From an uncultured Verrucomicrobiae bacterium (lineage in GTDB: Bacteria > Verrucomicrobiota > Verrucomicrobiia > Limisphaerales > UBA11358), in NCBI GenBank assembly GCA_963806905.1, contig CAWEAA010000008.1, positions 462,395 through 526,394 of the forward strand: a stretch of DNA of 64,000 bases. The letters are read 5' to 3'. The number at the start of each line of letters is the position of its first letter. Positions within the stretch are counted from its first letter, which is position 1. The position numbers and the translations under genes were made by a program. The notes beneath the pieces were generated by a model that did not search any database, had not been told where the DNA came from, and saw nothing but the letters and a program-made list of their open reading frames with translations. Shown here one piece after another: positions 26,282 to 36,637 of this stretch.

Positions 26282-27643
26282 CTACGGCACGGAGCGAATG
26301 CGCCAGAAATTGTTGGTAGCCGCGTCCGGCGTGTTGGCGAACACGAGCACTCCGTCCGCACCTGCGGGATTGGTTCCCAGCGGCATCCAGTTGGCCGGTG
26401 ACAGGTTGAACGTGGAGTCCAGCGCGTAATTGGTTCCGGCGATGCCCACAAAGGACAAACTCACATTGCCCCCGCTCAAAAGCTGGATGGAGATTTGATT
26501 GTAGCCCGGAGGACCCGCCACAATCTGTTCGGGAAGGTTGGTTTTGTCGGTAAGGCCCGAAGTGCCGTCACCCAACTGGCCATATTCGCTCCAGCCCATG
26601 GCCCATAGACTGCCGTCGTTCTTGAGAAACAGGCTGTGGCCGCCTCCTGCGGCAATCGCTGTGACGCCGCTGGCTACAACCTGCTCAGGCCGGTTGGTGT
26701 CATTGTAAGTGCCGTCACCCAACTGGCCATTCTGGTTTTCGCCGACGCCCCACAAGCTGCCGTCACTTTTGAGAAGCAAGCTGTGGTAGCCACCTATGGC
26801 AATCGCCGTGACGTTGCTGGCCACAATCTGATCGGGTTGATTCGTGTTGTTGTAAGTGCCGTCGCCCAACTGGCCATAAAACTCGTTATCGCCCATAGCC
26901 CACAGACTGCCGTCACTTTTGAGAAACAGGCTAACGTAGTTTGCTGCGGCAATTGCTGTGACGTTGCTGGCCACAATCTGCTCGGGCCGGTTGGTGGTGT
27001 TGTAAGTGCCGTCGCCTAACTGGCCATAGCCATTGCCGCCCATGGCCCACAGGCTGCCGTCGCTCTTGAGAAACAGGCTGTGCTCGTATCCTGCGGCGAT
27101 GGCCGTGACGTTGCTGGCCAGAATCTGCTCGGGCCGATTCGTGGAAGCAGGAATGCCGCCATAAGTGCCGTCGCCCAACTGACCATACTGGTTCCAGCCC
27201 ATGCCCCATAGACTGCCATCGCTCTTTAGAAAAAGGCTGTGGTAACTTCCTGCGGCAATCGCCGTGACGTTGCTGGCCACAATCTGCTCGGGCCGGTTGG
27301 TGGTGTTGTAAGTGCCGTCGCCTAACTGGCCATAGTTGTCGTAGCCCATGGCCCATAGACTGCCGTCGTTCTTGAGAAACAGGCTGTGAGCGGCTCCTGC
27401 GGCAATCGCTATGACATTGCTGACCGAAATCTGCTCAGGACGATTGGTGTTATTGTAAGTGCCGTCACCCAACTGGCCATTCTGGTTATAGCCCATGGCC
27501 CACAGGCTGCCGTCGCTCTTGAGAAACAGGCTGTGTTCAAATCCTCCGGCAACCTTGGTCACGGGTTGCGCTCCGCTGCTGACCGCTTGCAGCATCGCCG
27601 CACACAGCAGCAAGATTTGAATCAGATTTCGTTTGGTTTTCAT
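26282..27643 (-). CDS. Secreted RCC1-repeat beta-propeller protein
   Basis: Seven repeats of IAAG.HSLFLKSDGSLWAMG.N..GQLGDGT, signal peptide, C-terminal YAL..NL...NW...FWRI domain. Confidence 0.93.
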   Translation of the reverse strand: MKTKRNLIQILLLCAAMLQAVSSGAQPVTKVAGGFEHSLFLKSDGSLWAMGYNQNGQLGDGTYNNTNRPEQISVSNVIAIAAGAAHSLFLKNDGSLWAMGYDNYGQLGDGTYNTTNRPEQIVASNVTAIAAGSYHSLFLKSDGSLWGMGWNQYGQLGDGTYGGIPASTNRPEQILASNVTAIAAGYEHSLFLKSDGSLWAMGGNGYGQLGDGTYNTTNRPEQIVASNVTAIAAANYVSLFLKSDGSLWAMGDNEFYGQLGDGTYNNTNQPDQIVASNVTAIAIGGYHSLLLKSDGSLWGVGENQNGQLGDGTYNDTNRPEQVVASGVTAIAAGGGHSLFLKNDGSLWAMGWSEYGQLGDGTSGLTDKTNLPEQIVAGPPGYNQISIQLLSGGNVSLSFVGIAGTNYALDSTFNLSPANWMPLGTNPAGADGVLVFANTPDAATNNFWRIRSVP

Positions 27644-27938
27644 GGGTTTCAAGTTTGTGCGTCGGTGAAAGCCCAGAACACCTTGTTCACGTGTATGCGG
27701 GGATTTTATACGATGTGTCCTCCATATGTCAAGAGTTAGTTAGCATGATTAGGTGACAACAACATTGACGGGTAACTCTCTTGCGTCGGCATCGGAGTTA
27801 ATTCTTCCACACCCACACTAACAGCAGAACAGGCCGGTCTGGCGGGCTACCGCAACCGTAGTGAGGGGGTTGGCTCAGGTTTGTTGTTGTTGGGCGTCTG
27901 TCAAAAACCTCGCCGGTGGGTGTTGTTACGCTCTGGTA

Positions 27939-28190
27939 TTAGCTAGTCCTATTTGGAATGTCCGTAGGCACTCGGGGGGCTTGCGGCTGGTCCGCCTTCA
28001 CTTTCTCACGGATGTTTATCGCTATTTTCACAGCCTTCTTGAGGTCGGCAATCGGAATGGGTGGCACGGCGGTTTTAATTTCGTAAAGTTGAATGACGGC
28101 GTCCATTTCCGCGACCAGACTTTTGAGTTTTCTGACAAGGGCTTTGGTCTGCTCAGTGTGATTCGGTTTGGGGTTATAATTTATTTCCAT
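27939..28190 (-). CDS. Hypothetical protein (83 aa)
   Basis: Amphipathic helical ORF from ATG 28190. Confidence 0.5.
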   Translation of the reverse strand: MEINYNPKPNHTEQTKALVRKLKSLVAEMDAVIQLYEIKTAVPPIPIADLKKAVKIAINIREKVKADQPQAPRVPTDIPNRTS

Positions 28191-28852
28191 AAAGTCTTGC
28201 GATACCAACAAAATCAGGACTCGGCACCCGCAGCGAATCGGGCTGGCACAAAACAAGCCGCACCGGAGAGTAGTAATAATCCGATGCGACTGTTTTACAA
28301 CTGGAGCCGTGATTGGTGGCTCCAAGACGTAGCATAACAGAATTGAATCATGCAATCAAGCAAATGTTATTCACCAAGCATCCTGAAAAAAAGCCGCACC
28401 GGCTTCTGACACCCGTTATACTTTTCAGCCACCGTTTATAATCGGAAAAGGGAACACCAAATCGGAAGGGATACAAACATTTCGGTTTCGTTACCATCCG
28501 TTATCCCAGTGCTTTTTGTGTCACCAGGCTCCCAAGAAAGGGCGGGAGGGCCATCATCAACGACAGATTCCGTATTCTTCTTCGGTTCATTAGAATTCAT
28601 GTCGGCAGCATCACCCCGGCAGAGTTATCGAACAAATTGATAAATTCAATAGTTTCACCATTTGAATCAATGTCGGTTTGCCAAAAACCAGATGTGCCCG
28701 AAACGCTGACCGGCAGCATGATTTGTCTTCGAGCATGAACCTTTTCATAAAGTAAAAGGCGCGATTCTTGTTTGAGATTTCACGGTTGAATGTCCGCGAA
28801 TAAACCGGGTGATACGGTTTTGAGTCCCATAATGGTTTTTCATAATCATCTT

Positions 28853-29671
28853 CTACGGTGAAGACTTTGGATCAGTTTTTAGTCGTTCAATTGCCGATTT
28901 TACTTTGGCGCACTCTGCAACGGTAACTGGAAGAAACTGATTTCCATTTTGACCTTTCTCAATCATATGCCTTAAGGCCGATTTGTATCGGGTTAAGGCT
29001 TGTTCCCCGCGTCCTTCCTTTTCCAACAAGGCCGCAAGCGCAGCTAACGCAGTCGCATCGTTGGCGTCATCACCGAGCGCTTTATTTACCCATTTACGGA
29101 CTTCTTGATCAGGTGAATTTGATAACGCGATAATAGCCAGCCGCGCACAGGTATAAGCAGAGGGGTTCGCAAGGTAGATTTTTTTTGCACCCGCAATATC
29201 ACCAGCCGTTTCGAGATAGAAACCGCTAGTGACATTGACAATGTTGGACCATCCACTCGCGGTTGAGAATCCGTCATAGCAATTTGACCAGATGTTAGAA
29301 AACTTTTCTGCCTCTGCTATTGTTTTTAACGCTCCGTTGGTGTCATCCATCATTGTTTGGATTTGAGCTTTAGCGCATAAATGGTACCCAACTAAAACAA
29401 CCTCGAGCGGTTGCCAGCCCCGGAGAGGAGTGTTTGGCTTAAGATTGGCCGTCTGTGCTTTGTAATAGTCAACGCAAGCCTGGCTCGCTGCCAGTGCATT
29501 TGTGACGTTCCCGTCAATTAATTGTTTGAGCGGTTCATGCGAATCGGGAGGATTTTCTGAAGACCGTACCGATGAGACTGTCATTAAAATAACGACCGAC
29601 AACAAAACCCGCCTGAATTTACGCAAAAGAAAATGCTGTGTAATTGATCCTGAAACAAATTCCTTTGTCAT
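28853..29671 (-). CDS. TPR-like secreted protein, low GC
   Basis: ALAALAALLEKEGRGEQALTRYKSAL TPR pattern, hydrophobic N-terminal segment. Confidence 0.65.
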   Translation of the reverse strand: MTKEFVSGSITQHFLLRKFRRVLLSVVILMTVSSVRSSENPPDSHEPLKQLIDGNVTNALAASQACVDYYKAQTANLKPNTPLRGWQPLEVVLVGYHLCAKAQIQTMMDDTNGALKTIAEAEKFSNIWSNCYDGFSTASGWSNIVNVTSGFYLETAGDIAGAKKIYLANPSAYTCARLAIIALSNSPDQEVRKWVNKALGDDANDATALAALAALLEKEGRGEQALTRYKSALRHMIEKGQNGNQFLPVTVAECAKVKSAIERLKTDPKSSP

Positions 29672-29703
29672 GCTTTGACACTAGACAAAGGGTACATCCA
29701 GTG

Positions 29704-29955
29704 TCAACGAATTTGGAAGGTGATGCCCGCGCCCTTGCGCAGGATGCGGCGGTTCTCGGACGACGGCTTGAACTTCGCCAGGTCCACGTGCACCTGCCGG
29801 CAGAGGTAAAAGCGGTCGAGATCGCGCGACGACGGCAGGAAACCCGCATTGAAGATGGCCGATGGCGTTTCGCCTGCCTCCGGCACCGCCCGGATGGCGC
29901 AGGGAAACTGGTAATGCTCGCAATCGGAATTTTGTTCGGAGAAAAGCAGCTTCAT
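29704..29955 (-). pseudogene. 5' remnant of an arginyl/leucyl-tRNA-protein transferase-like gene
   Basis: GFLPSS...FYLCRQVHVDLAKFKPSSENRRILRK resembles the ATE N-domain. Stops after 83 aa where GC drops. Confidence 0.55.
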
Positions 29956-29988
29956 GCGAGAGACACGGATTTCACGGATTTGCACTGA

Positions 29989-31170
29989 TTAAGTCCGGGT
30001 TAATCTGTGCAATCTGCGTCTGACTTTGTCTCCGCCGTTCACCAATTTTCTTCGCAAGCGCAACCGCCAGTTCGTCAGCACGTCGTAACTCACCGAGTTT
30101 TTCAATTTCGCGATGTCATGCGCGGTGATTTCCTCGTCGCCTTGTTTGCCCATCAGCACGGCCTCGTCCCACATTTGCGCCTCGGGAACATCCGTGATGT
30201 CCACCATGAGCGCGTCCATGGCAACGCCACCGATGAGCGGGGCGCGCCGGCCGTGGATGAGCGCGGCGCCTTGGTTGCGCACGCGCGGGAAACCGTCCCC
30301 GTAACCGATGGGCAACACCGCAATCCGCCGCCCGGACGGCGCCGTGTAACGCATGCCGTAACCGATAACTTCGCCCGGCTTCAGTTTTTGAATCGCCGCA
30401 ATTCGCGCCTTGACGGACATCACCGGTTTGATGCCCGGAATCCGGCGGCAAACCGACGACGGAAAAACGCCATACATCAAAATGCCGACGCGGACCATGT
30501 CGAGGTGCGCGTGCGGCAAGTCAAGAAAGCCACCGCTGTTGCAAGTGTGACGCAGTTTCACGGAAATTTTCCGCTGCTCCATTGCGCGCAAAACTTCGCT
30601 AAACCGCGCGAACTGAAGATTCGCAAAAGTTTTATCCGTTTCATCCGATTGTGCGAAGTGCGTCATCACGCCTTCGAGCAACAGCAATTTTTCGGCGAGG
30701 ATTTGTTCGATGAGCGGCAGCGCTTCGTCCCAGCGCACGCCGAAGCGGCTCATGCCCGTGTGGATTTTCAGATGCACCGGCACGCGTTTGTCATGCGCAG
30801 CCGCAATGCGCGCGAGCGGGCGGACGGTGTGGAGCCCGTTAATGCAGACGGTCAGGTCATGCTCCACGCACAACGGCAGTTCGGCCTCCTGCCGTTCACC
30901 CAGCAGCAGCAGGGGCGCGGTGATGCCCGCCTTGCGCAGGGTCATCGCCTCTTCGAGCGTGCTCAGGCCAAGGCCCCACGCGCCTTCTTCAAGCGCGATG
31001 CGCGCCGCGTCGAGTGCGCCATGTCCGTAAGCCTCGTCCTTCACCACGGCCAGCAACCGCACGTGCCGCGCCAGGTCGCGGCGGATGAGACGCAGGTTGT
31101 TTCTCAACCGCGCGAGGTCAATTTCAACCCACGCCGGCCGCAGCGGAAAAAGGGTCGAATCAAAATCCAT
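29989..31170 (-). CDS. alr: Alanine racemase
   Basis: WVEIDL, AVVKDEAYGHG, VHLKIHTGMSRFG, IGYG, PIGYGDG, VAMD. Confidence 0.95.
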   Translation of the reverse strand: MDFDSTLFPLRPAWVEIDLARLRNNLRLIRRDLARHVRLLAVVKDEAYGHGALDAARIALEEGAWGLGLSTLEEAMTLRKAGITAPLLLLGERQEAELPLCVEHDLTVCINGLHTVRPLARIAAAHDKRVPVHLKIHTGMSRFGVRWDEALPLIEQILAEKLLLLEGVMTHFAQSDETDKTFANLQFARFSEVLRAMEQRKISVKLRHTCNSGGFLDLPHAHLDMVRVGILMYGVFPSSVCRRIPGIKPVMSVKARIAAIQKLKPGEVIGYGMRYTAPSGRRIAVLPIGYGDGFPRVRNQGAALIHGRRAPLIGGVAMDALMVDITDVPEAQMWDEAVLMGKQGDEEITAHDIAKLKNSVSYDVLTNWRLRLRRKLVNGGDKVRRRLHRLTRT

Positions 31171-31316
31171 AAAACGTCGGAATTGTTTAACCATGAATCC
31201 ACCCGAAAGACACGAAAAATCCGGAGCGCCGGCCGGGTCGGGAACCGGCGATTGGTTTGCGGACTTGCGTCGTTCTGAAATTGATTTAGGCTCGCGCCCG
31301 ATTGAGGTTTCTCGAA

Positions 31317-33032
31317 ATGACCAGGCCGACAAACTTGCCAAACGATTCATTCAAGCATTTTATCGCATGGTTGGTGGCGTTGTTTTTGGTCGTGGTGGGC
31401 GCACAATTGTGGGTGGTGCAACTTTATGGGTCGCCACTGCCGATGTGGGATCAGTGGTTTGAGGCCGATTTGTTCTTCCGGCCGTGGGTGGAAGGTCATC
31501 TGACCTGGGAACACTTTGTTGCGCCCTTTAATGAGCATCGCATTCTCTTCACGCGCCTGCTCGATCTGGGTCTCATCCGGCTGAACGGGCGATGGGAGCC
31601 GATGCTGCAAATGACGGTCAACGCGTTCATTCACGCGGCCTTTGTTTGCGGGCTGGCCTTTTGCCTGTGGGATTTTCTGGGGCGAAAAAAAGGATGGCTC
31701 GTCTGTTTTCTCCTGGCGCCATTTTTCGCGCTGCCCTATGCCGCCGAAAACGCCCTTTGGCCGATGAATTCTCAACAATATTTCATGAGCCTCTGCTGGT
31801 TGGCGACCCTGGCCGGACTCGGGTTTGGAAAACCGGGCGGCCGGCGATGGTGGTTCGGATTGACGGCGGCAATCCTGGGTTTGTTTACCATGGCTTCGGG
31901 GTTGCTTGCGCCCGTGACCGTTGGCGGACTTACGATTTTGCGCACCATCAAACATCGGCGGATGGAAAAGGGAAGCTTGATCACACTCGTTTCCTGCCTG
32001 GTGGTCATTGGGTTGGGTTTGGCTCTCCGCGTTACGATGGAAGCGGACCGTCCGTTGCGGGCGCATACGCTGATGGAATTCACCTCCGCCCTGGTGCGCA
32101 ACCTGACCTGGCCGTTTTTCCGCGCTCCGGAAATGGTGTGCCTGATGCCCTTGCCCCTCGCATTCCTGGTGGCCCTGTATTTCCGGCCAAACTTTCCGGA
32201 GCCGCGGGCGGCCGAGTTTCTGCTGGCATTGGGACTGTGGAGCGGTCTGCAATCAGCCGGGCTTGCCTATGGCCGCGCGAATTACGGGGACATTATTCCG
32301 GCCAGCCGGTACATGGACGTGTTGAATATCTTTGTCATTGCCAGCCTTTTTGCAACGGTTTTGCTCCCGCAGTTATGGTCGCACGGCCAGTTTCCGAGGT
32401 GGGCGGGAATGCTGTTGCCGCTGGTTTTTGCCGGCGTCATTTTTTTCGGCCTTTGCCGGATTTCACAAATCGTGGTGGACAATCTTCTGATTCCCACCCG
32501 CACAATGACCTTGGTGGAGGAAGAACGCGTGGAAACCCTTTGGGCGACCGGTGACGAACACAGTTTTCTGGAACCGCCCACGGTGCGTCCGAAGCCGGAA
32601 ATGGCTCTGCGGTTGCTGCGCGACACGAAACTGCAGTCCATCCTGCCGGCGGCGTGTCTGCCGCCGGCTTCTCCGCCCCTCACCGGCCGGTTTACCGCCA
32701 TTTCACAATGGCTGCTGCAAAATTCCGTGATGATATTGGCCGGCGGATTGCTTTTATTTGCCGGTCTTGGCGGATACGAACTGGCACGCGGGACCTTCGG
32801 TTTGGCGCCGGCAAATCCGGCGGGAATCATCGCCTTGCTGGCCGGTTTGGCGGCGCTTGGCTTTGTTTGGTCGAAACGTTCACTCCAGCGCGAGTCCGTT
32901 GAATACGGACTGCAACGCGAACTGGCGGCGTATTTTAGGTCGGCCAACAAGCTTGAGCGTGCAGCGTTCCATGAACACAAGGCGGATGCGTTACAGGATC
33001 GAAAAAATTCTGATGGTTCCCGGCGGCCATAA
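31317..33032 (+). CDS. Polytopic membrane protein, GT-C-like
   Basis: PMWDQW..FNEHRILF early loop, >10 TM helices, SRY motif. Confidence 0.65.
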   Translation: MTRPTNLPNDSFKHFIAWLVALFLVVVGAQLWVVQLYGSPLPMWDQWFEADLFFRPWVEGHLTWEHFVAPFNEHRILFTRLLDLGLIRLNGRWEPMLQMTVNAFIHAAFVCGLAFCLWDFLGRKKGWLVCFLLAPFFALPYAAENALWPMNSQQYFMSLCWLATLAGLGFGKPGGRRWWFGLTAAILGLFTMASGLLAPVTVGGLTILRTIKHRRMEKGSLITLVSCLVVIGLGLALRVTMEADRPLRAHTLMEFTSALVRNLTWPFFRAPEMVCLMPLPLAFLVALYFRPNFPEPRAAEFLLALGLWSGLQSAGLAYGRANYGDIIPASRYMDVLNIFVIASLFATVLLPQLWSHGQFPRWAGMLLPLVFAGVIFFGLCRISQIVVDNLLIPTRTMTLVEEERVETLWATGDEHSFLEPPTVRPKPEMALRLLRDTKLQSILPAACLPPASPPLTGRFTAISQWLLQNSVMILAGGLLLFAGLGGYELARGTFGLAPANPAGIIALLAGLAALGFVWSKRSLQRESVEYGLQRELAAYFRSANKLERAAFHEHKADALQDRKNSDGSRRP

Positions 33033-33271
33033 ACTCTGGCCAACGTCCGTCCGGACGCAGCTGCCAACAACCCGGATTCTGCGGATGTTGGCGCAGGCCT
33101 TCGCCATCGTCGCATCGGGTTGCGGCGCGAGCGCAATTTACCCGTTTGCATGTTTCTGCCGCCTGAACACGGCGTTCCGGGCGTATCAGGAACGCCGCCT
33201 TCAAGCGGCCGAAGGTCAAATGCCATTTCACGCGCCTCGACTTTGCCCGTCAATTTGTTAACTTGTGTTTT

Positions 33272-34474
33272 GTGAGCTTTGTCTCGGAATTCAATTCGTT
33301 GCCGGCGCAGTCGCTGGCACAAAGGTCGCTGGCGGCCGGCGCGGCGGCGGTGCGGGAAAGTCTGGCGAAACCCAGACCGTCGCTCGCGGATTTTGCGAAC
33401 CTGATTTCGCCGGCGGCGGCTGAATTGCTGGAGCACATGGGCCGGCGCTCGCACACGATGACGCAGCAGCGGTTCGGCAAGGTCATCCGGCTGTTCGCGC
33501 CGCTTTACCTTTCCAACGAGTGCATCAACAATTGCCAATACTGCGGTTTTTCGCGGGACAACCCGATTCTGCGCGTGACGTTGTCGCTCGACGAAGTGAA
33601 ACGCGAGGCGGCGGAACTCAAATCGCAGGGATTCCGCAATCTCCTGCTGGTCGCGGGCGAACATCCGAAGTTCGTTTCCAGCCATTATGTTCGGGAATGC
33701 ATTGCGGCGTTGCACACCGACTGGCCGGGCATCTCGCTCGAAGTCGGGCCGATGGACACGGAGGATTACCGTCCGTTGGTTGCGGCGGGCGCGGACGGGC
33801 TGGTGGTTTATCAGGAAACCTACGACCGGAAAGTTTACGCGGACATGCACACCGCCGGGCCGAAACGGAATTTTGACTGGCGGCTCGAAACGCCGGAACG
33901 CGCCTACGCGGCGGGCTTTCGCCGGCTGGGCATCAGCCCGCTTTACGGTCTGGCCGACTGGCGCTACGAGGCGATTTGCGCGGCGGCGCACGCGGATTAT
34001 CTGCTGCGCAATTGCTGGAAGGCGCAGTTGACGATTTCGCTGCCCCGGCTGCGTCCGTGCGCGGGTGAATTCCAGCCGCTCACGCACATCAGCGACCGCG
34101 AACTGGCGCAACTGGTCTGCGCGTTTCGTCTGATGTTTCCCGATGTCGGGCTGGTGCTTTCGACGCGCGAACCGGCGAAACTCCGCGATGGGCTGCTTCC
34201 GCTGGGCATCACGATGATGAGCGCGGGCAGCCACACCGAGCCGGGTGGTTACACTGGCGCAGGCAAAGAAAAATTGCATCAAACCGTGCGCGGCCGGGTG
34301 GTGGAACTGGCGTCCGGCGCCAGCGAATGGGCTTCCGTACCGAATCGCGCGACGAACGCCACCGGACAATTTCAAATTGCCGACGAACGCTCGTCGCAGG
34401 AAGTGGCGGACCTGATCCGGCGGCTGGGCTACGAACCGGTCTGGAAGGATTGGGACGCGGCGCTGACGGCTTGA
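33272..34474 (+). CDS. thiH: 2-iminoacetate synthase (radical SAM)
   Basis: LFAPLYLSNECINNCQYCGF, YQETYD, ISLPRLRP, LSTRE, SAGSHTEPGGY, VWKDWD. Confidence 0.95.
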   Translation: MSFVSEFNSLPAQSLAQRSLAAGAAAVRESLAKPRPSLADFANLISPAAAELLEHMGRRSHTMTQQRFGKVIRLFAPLYLSNECINNCQYCGFSRDNPILRVTLSLDEVKREAAELKSQGFRNLLLVAGEHPKFVSSHYVRECIAALHTDWPGISLEVGPMDTEDYRPLVAAGADGLVVYQETYDRKVYADMHTAGPKRNFDWRLETPERAYAAGFRRLGISPLYGLADWRYEAICAAAHADYLLRNCWKAQLTISLPRLRPCAGEFQPLTHISDRELAQLVCAFRLMFPDVGLVLSTREPAKLRDGLLPLGITMMSAGSHTEPGGYTGAGKEKLHQTVRGRVVELASGASEWASVPNRATNATGQFQIADERSSQEVADLIRRLGYEPVWKDWDAALTA

Positions 34475-34492
34475 TTTATTTTAGGAGTTATC

Positions 34493-34936
34493 ATGGGTAA
34501 ATCTCAAACGCGAGTGAGAGCCGGCTTCATGCTGGGTTTGGCAGTGGTGGGCTTTGCATTTGTGGGTTGGTTAGTTACCGGCGGAGTTCCGACGGAAAAA
34601 GAAAAGACGAAGGCCAAAGTTTTGGAAACTTACGTCGAAGAGCGTTCGATGGCTGAATTGCTGGAGGGAAAAGCTTTGGAAAGCGGCGGCCTGACAAACG
34701 TCCCGAACGAATTCATTTTGAACCCATTCCTCACCACCAATAAATACAGCGGAATCTCATTTACCAGTCGCACCAACGCCTCGGGGGAATTGATTGATAT
34801 TTGGCAAATGCCTTTTCAAATCACCTTCGTAGAGCAGACAAATTTTATCGTTCGCTCCGCTGGCCCGAACCGACAATTTGGCGACGCAGACGACATTGTT
34901 TTTAACAGCATCTCAAACGATTTTGTGAAGCCATGA
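34493..34936 (+). CDS. Membrane-anchored protein with GspG-like C-terminal motif
   Basis: N-terminal TM, DIWQMPF...VRSAGPNRQFGDADDI. Confidence 0.65.
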   Translation: MGKSQTRVRAGFMLGLAVVGFAFVGWLVTGGVPTEKEKTKAKVLETYVEERSMAELLEGKALESGGLTNVPNEFILNPFLTTNKYSGISFTSRTNASGELIDIWQMPFQITFVEQTNFIVRSAGPNRQFGDADDIVFNSISNDFVKP

Positions 34937-35139
34937 ATTCGCTTGTCACCGCCAACGGAAAGCCAATCGAGGCGAAACTGCCGTGCTCGCTGGAGGAATT
35001 TCTGGTCGCGCAAAAGCTTTTGCCGCGCAGCGTGGTCGTCGAACACAACGGCGAAGCAGTCGCACCTTCCGAATTTTCCCAACGGCAGCTCAACACGGGC
35101 GACCGGCTGGAAATCGTAAAAATCGTCGCGGGCGGATGA
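34933..35139 (+). CDS. thiS: Sulfur carrier protein ThiS
   Basis: 68 aa, VVVEHNGE, GDRLEIV, C-terminal GG. Confidence 0.95.
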   Translation: MNSLVTANGKPIEAKLPCSLEEFLVAQKLLPRSVVVEHNGEAVAPSEFSQRQLNTGDRLEIVKIVAGG

Positions 35140-35215
35140 ATTGGAAGATGGGAGATGGAAGTTGAGGATAATTTGTCTCCAAATCCAGGAGGCGGGCGCT
35201 TAAGCTGTGGCCATT

Positions 35216-35632
35216 ATGGATTGGCTGACCCATCTCGTCTGGCAAGACCTCATCTGGCACAATGACAAATTATTCGGCATTGACTGGAGCGTCTGGAAGG
35301 CCATCGGCTGGCTGGGCAACGCGATATTCTCGTCCCGGTTTCTGGTGCAATGGTATGCGACGGAAAAAAAGAAGCGGGTTGTAGTGCCGCAGGCGTTCTG
35401 GTGGTTGAGCCTCATCGGCTCGCTGACATTTCTTTGTTACTCAATCCACCAGCGGGATTCGGTTTTTATTTTTGCCTACGCCTTCACTTGGATTCCCTAC
35501 ACGCGAAATTTAATCATTCACTACCGCCATAAAAAGGCACACACGAATTGTCCGGGTTGCGGCCGGAGTTGTCCGCCACAGTCAAATTTTTGCCCGAACT
35601 GCGGTGCGAAATTGGCGGCGCCTACTTCTTAG
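35216..35632 (+). CDS. Lipid-A-disaccharide synthase N-terminal (LAB_N) domain protein with zinc ribbon
   Basis: IGWLGNAIFSSRFLVQWYATEK..VVPQAFWWLSLIG, CPGC..CPNC. Confidence 0.88.
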   Translation: MDWLTHLVWQDLIWHNDKLFGIDWSVWKAIGWLGNAIFSSRFLVQWYATEKKKRVVVPQAFWWLSLIGSLTFLCYSIHQRDSVFIFAYAFTWIPYTRNLIIHYRHKKAHTNCPGCGRSCPPQSNFCPNCGAKLAAPTS

Positions 35633-35954
35633 GCGCGGTCGCCGCCGGATTGATGCCGTATTTTTGGAGGATGGGACGGAAATCAGGGTGCGCCTGGCCG
35701 TAGGCGACGAGCTGGTTCACGAACGTTTCCATGTTGGGCAGGTTTTGTTTATACACCTGCATGAGTTGTTGCGCCTGCGGTTTGATGGTGGCGATGTCCT
35801 TGCCCGTGAGACTGGCCTGCCGATACAAAAAAACGGTCAGCGTGCCGCTGACGACAATGAGTGCCAGCAACAACGTGAAAACCTGACGTTGCAAGGCGGC
35901 CAGTTGCTCGCTCAGGTCGGCGGGCGCGGGAGAATTCATTTCGGGTTCGTTCAT
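35622..35954 (-). CDS. Single-TM hypothetical protein (110 aa)
   Basis: TM followed by helical domain. Confidence 0.75.
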   Translation of the reverse strand: MNEPEMNSPAPADLSEQLAALQRQVFTLLLALIVVSGTLTVFLYRQASLTGKDIATIKPQAQQLMQVYKQNLPNMETFVNQLVAYGQAHPDFRPILQKYGINPAATAPKK

Positions 35955-35959
35955 GGCAA

Positions 35960-36217
35960 TTAGCGGGTGGCGGGTTTGGCTTGGGCGGATTGAAGAATGC
36001 GGGCGAGTTCCTGGCTCGGATTCTTTTGGTTGTATGCCTGCGCATCGTTGGCCAGGGACTTAACCCGCATGAGGGCATTGTTGGCCTGGGCGGCTTGCAC
36101 GGTCATCGAGCGATACTCCCGCGTGCGGAAAATGGTTTGCAGCGCGAAGATCACGCCCAACAGCGCGAGCACGCCGAGTATGTAGGTCAAAACGGTGTTC
36201 GTAGTTTCACATTTCAT
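35960..36217 (-). CDS. Single-TM hypothetical protein (85 aa)
   Basis: [26 protein letters not shown]..., 5 bp from next gene. Confidence 0.72.
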   Translation of the reverse strand: MKCETTNTVLTYILGVLALLGVIFALQTIFRTREYRSMTVQAAQANNALMRVKSLANDAQAYNQKNPSQELARILQSAQAKPATR

Positions 36218-36328
36218 AATGAACGTTTGGATTCTAACGGGTCGGCGGCAAATGTCCAATGCCTTTTTCAGCAGGAAAAGAGGTTGATTTTGGGCGGAAC
36301 GATTGGCATTACTTGCCGGCCCATAGAC

Positions 36329-36547
36329 ATGCCCAAAGAAGAACCGATCGAATTGACCGGCAACGTCAAGCAAGTGCTGCCGGGGACGATGTTTCGCGTC
36401 GCGCTGCCGAACGGGCATGAAGTGCTCGCGCATATCTCCGGCAAGATGCGGAAAAATTTCATCCGCATCAGCGTCGGCGACAAGGTCAACGTCGAGATGT
36501 CACCCTACGATTTGAACAAGGCGCGCATCACCTACCGGCATAGTTAA
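36329..36547 (+). CDS. infA: Translation initiation factor IF-1
   Basis: [38 protein letters not shown]. Confidence 0.98.
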   Translation: MPKEEPIELTGNVKQVLPGTMFRVALPNGHEVLAHISGKMRKNFIRISVGDKVNVEMSPYDLNKARITYRHS

Positions 36548-36637
36548 TCCATTTTCAATTTATGATTTACGATTTACGGGCCTGCTCGAAATCTAAAGTC
36601 CACGCGTAAATCGCAAATCGCAAATCGTAAATTCAAA

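Noticed and set aside
26282..27643. Long DNA repeats here and at 3445-4758 as DGR template/variable repeats or arrays
   Set aside because: They are in-frame RCC1 and FG-GAP protein repeats, and no reverse transcriptase is in the window.
27816..27896. Second attC site
   Set aside because: It has AAC/GTT-type ends but no convincing internal pairing.
33033..33271. TPP riboswitch upstream of thiH
   Set aside because: The conserved CTGAGA core was not found. The interval looks like REP-type sequence.
32282..34375. Long antisense ORFs (697 aa here, also 30007-31278 and 48158-49810)
   Set aside because: These are shadow frames opposite well-supported genes in GC-rich DNA, with no recognisable motifs.
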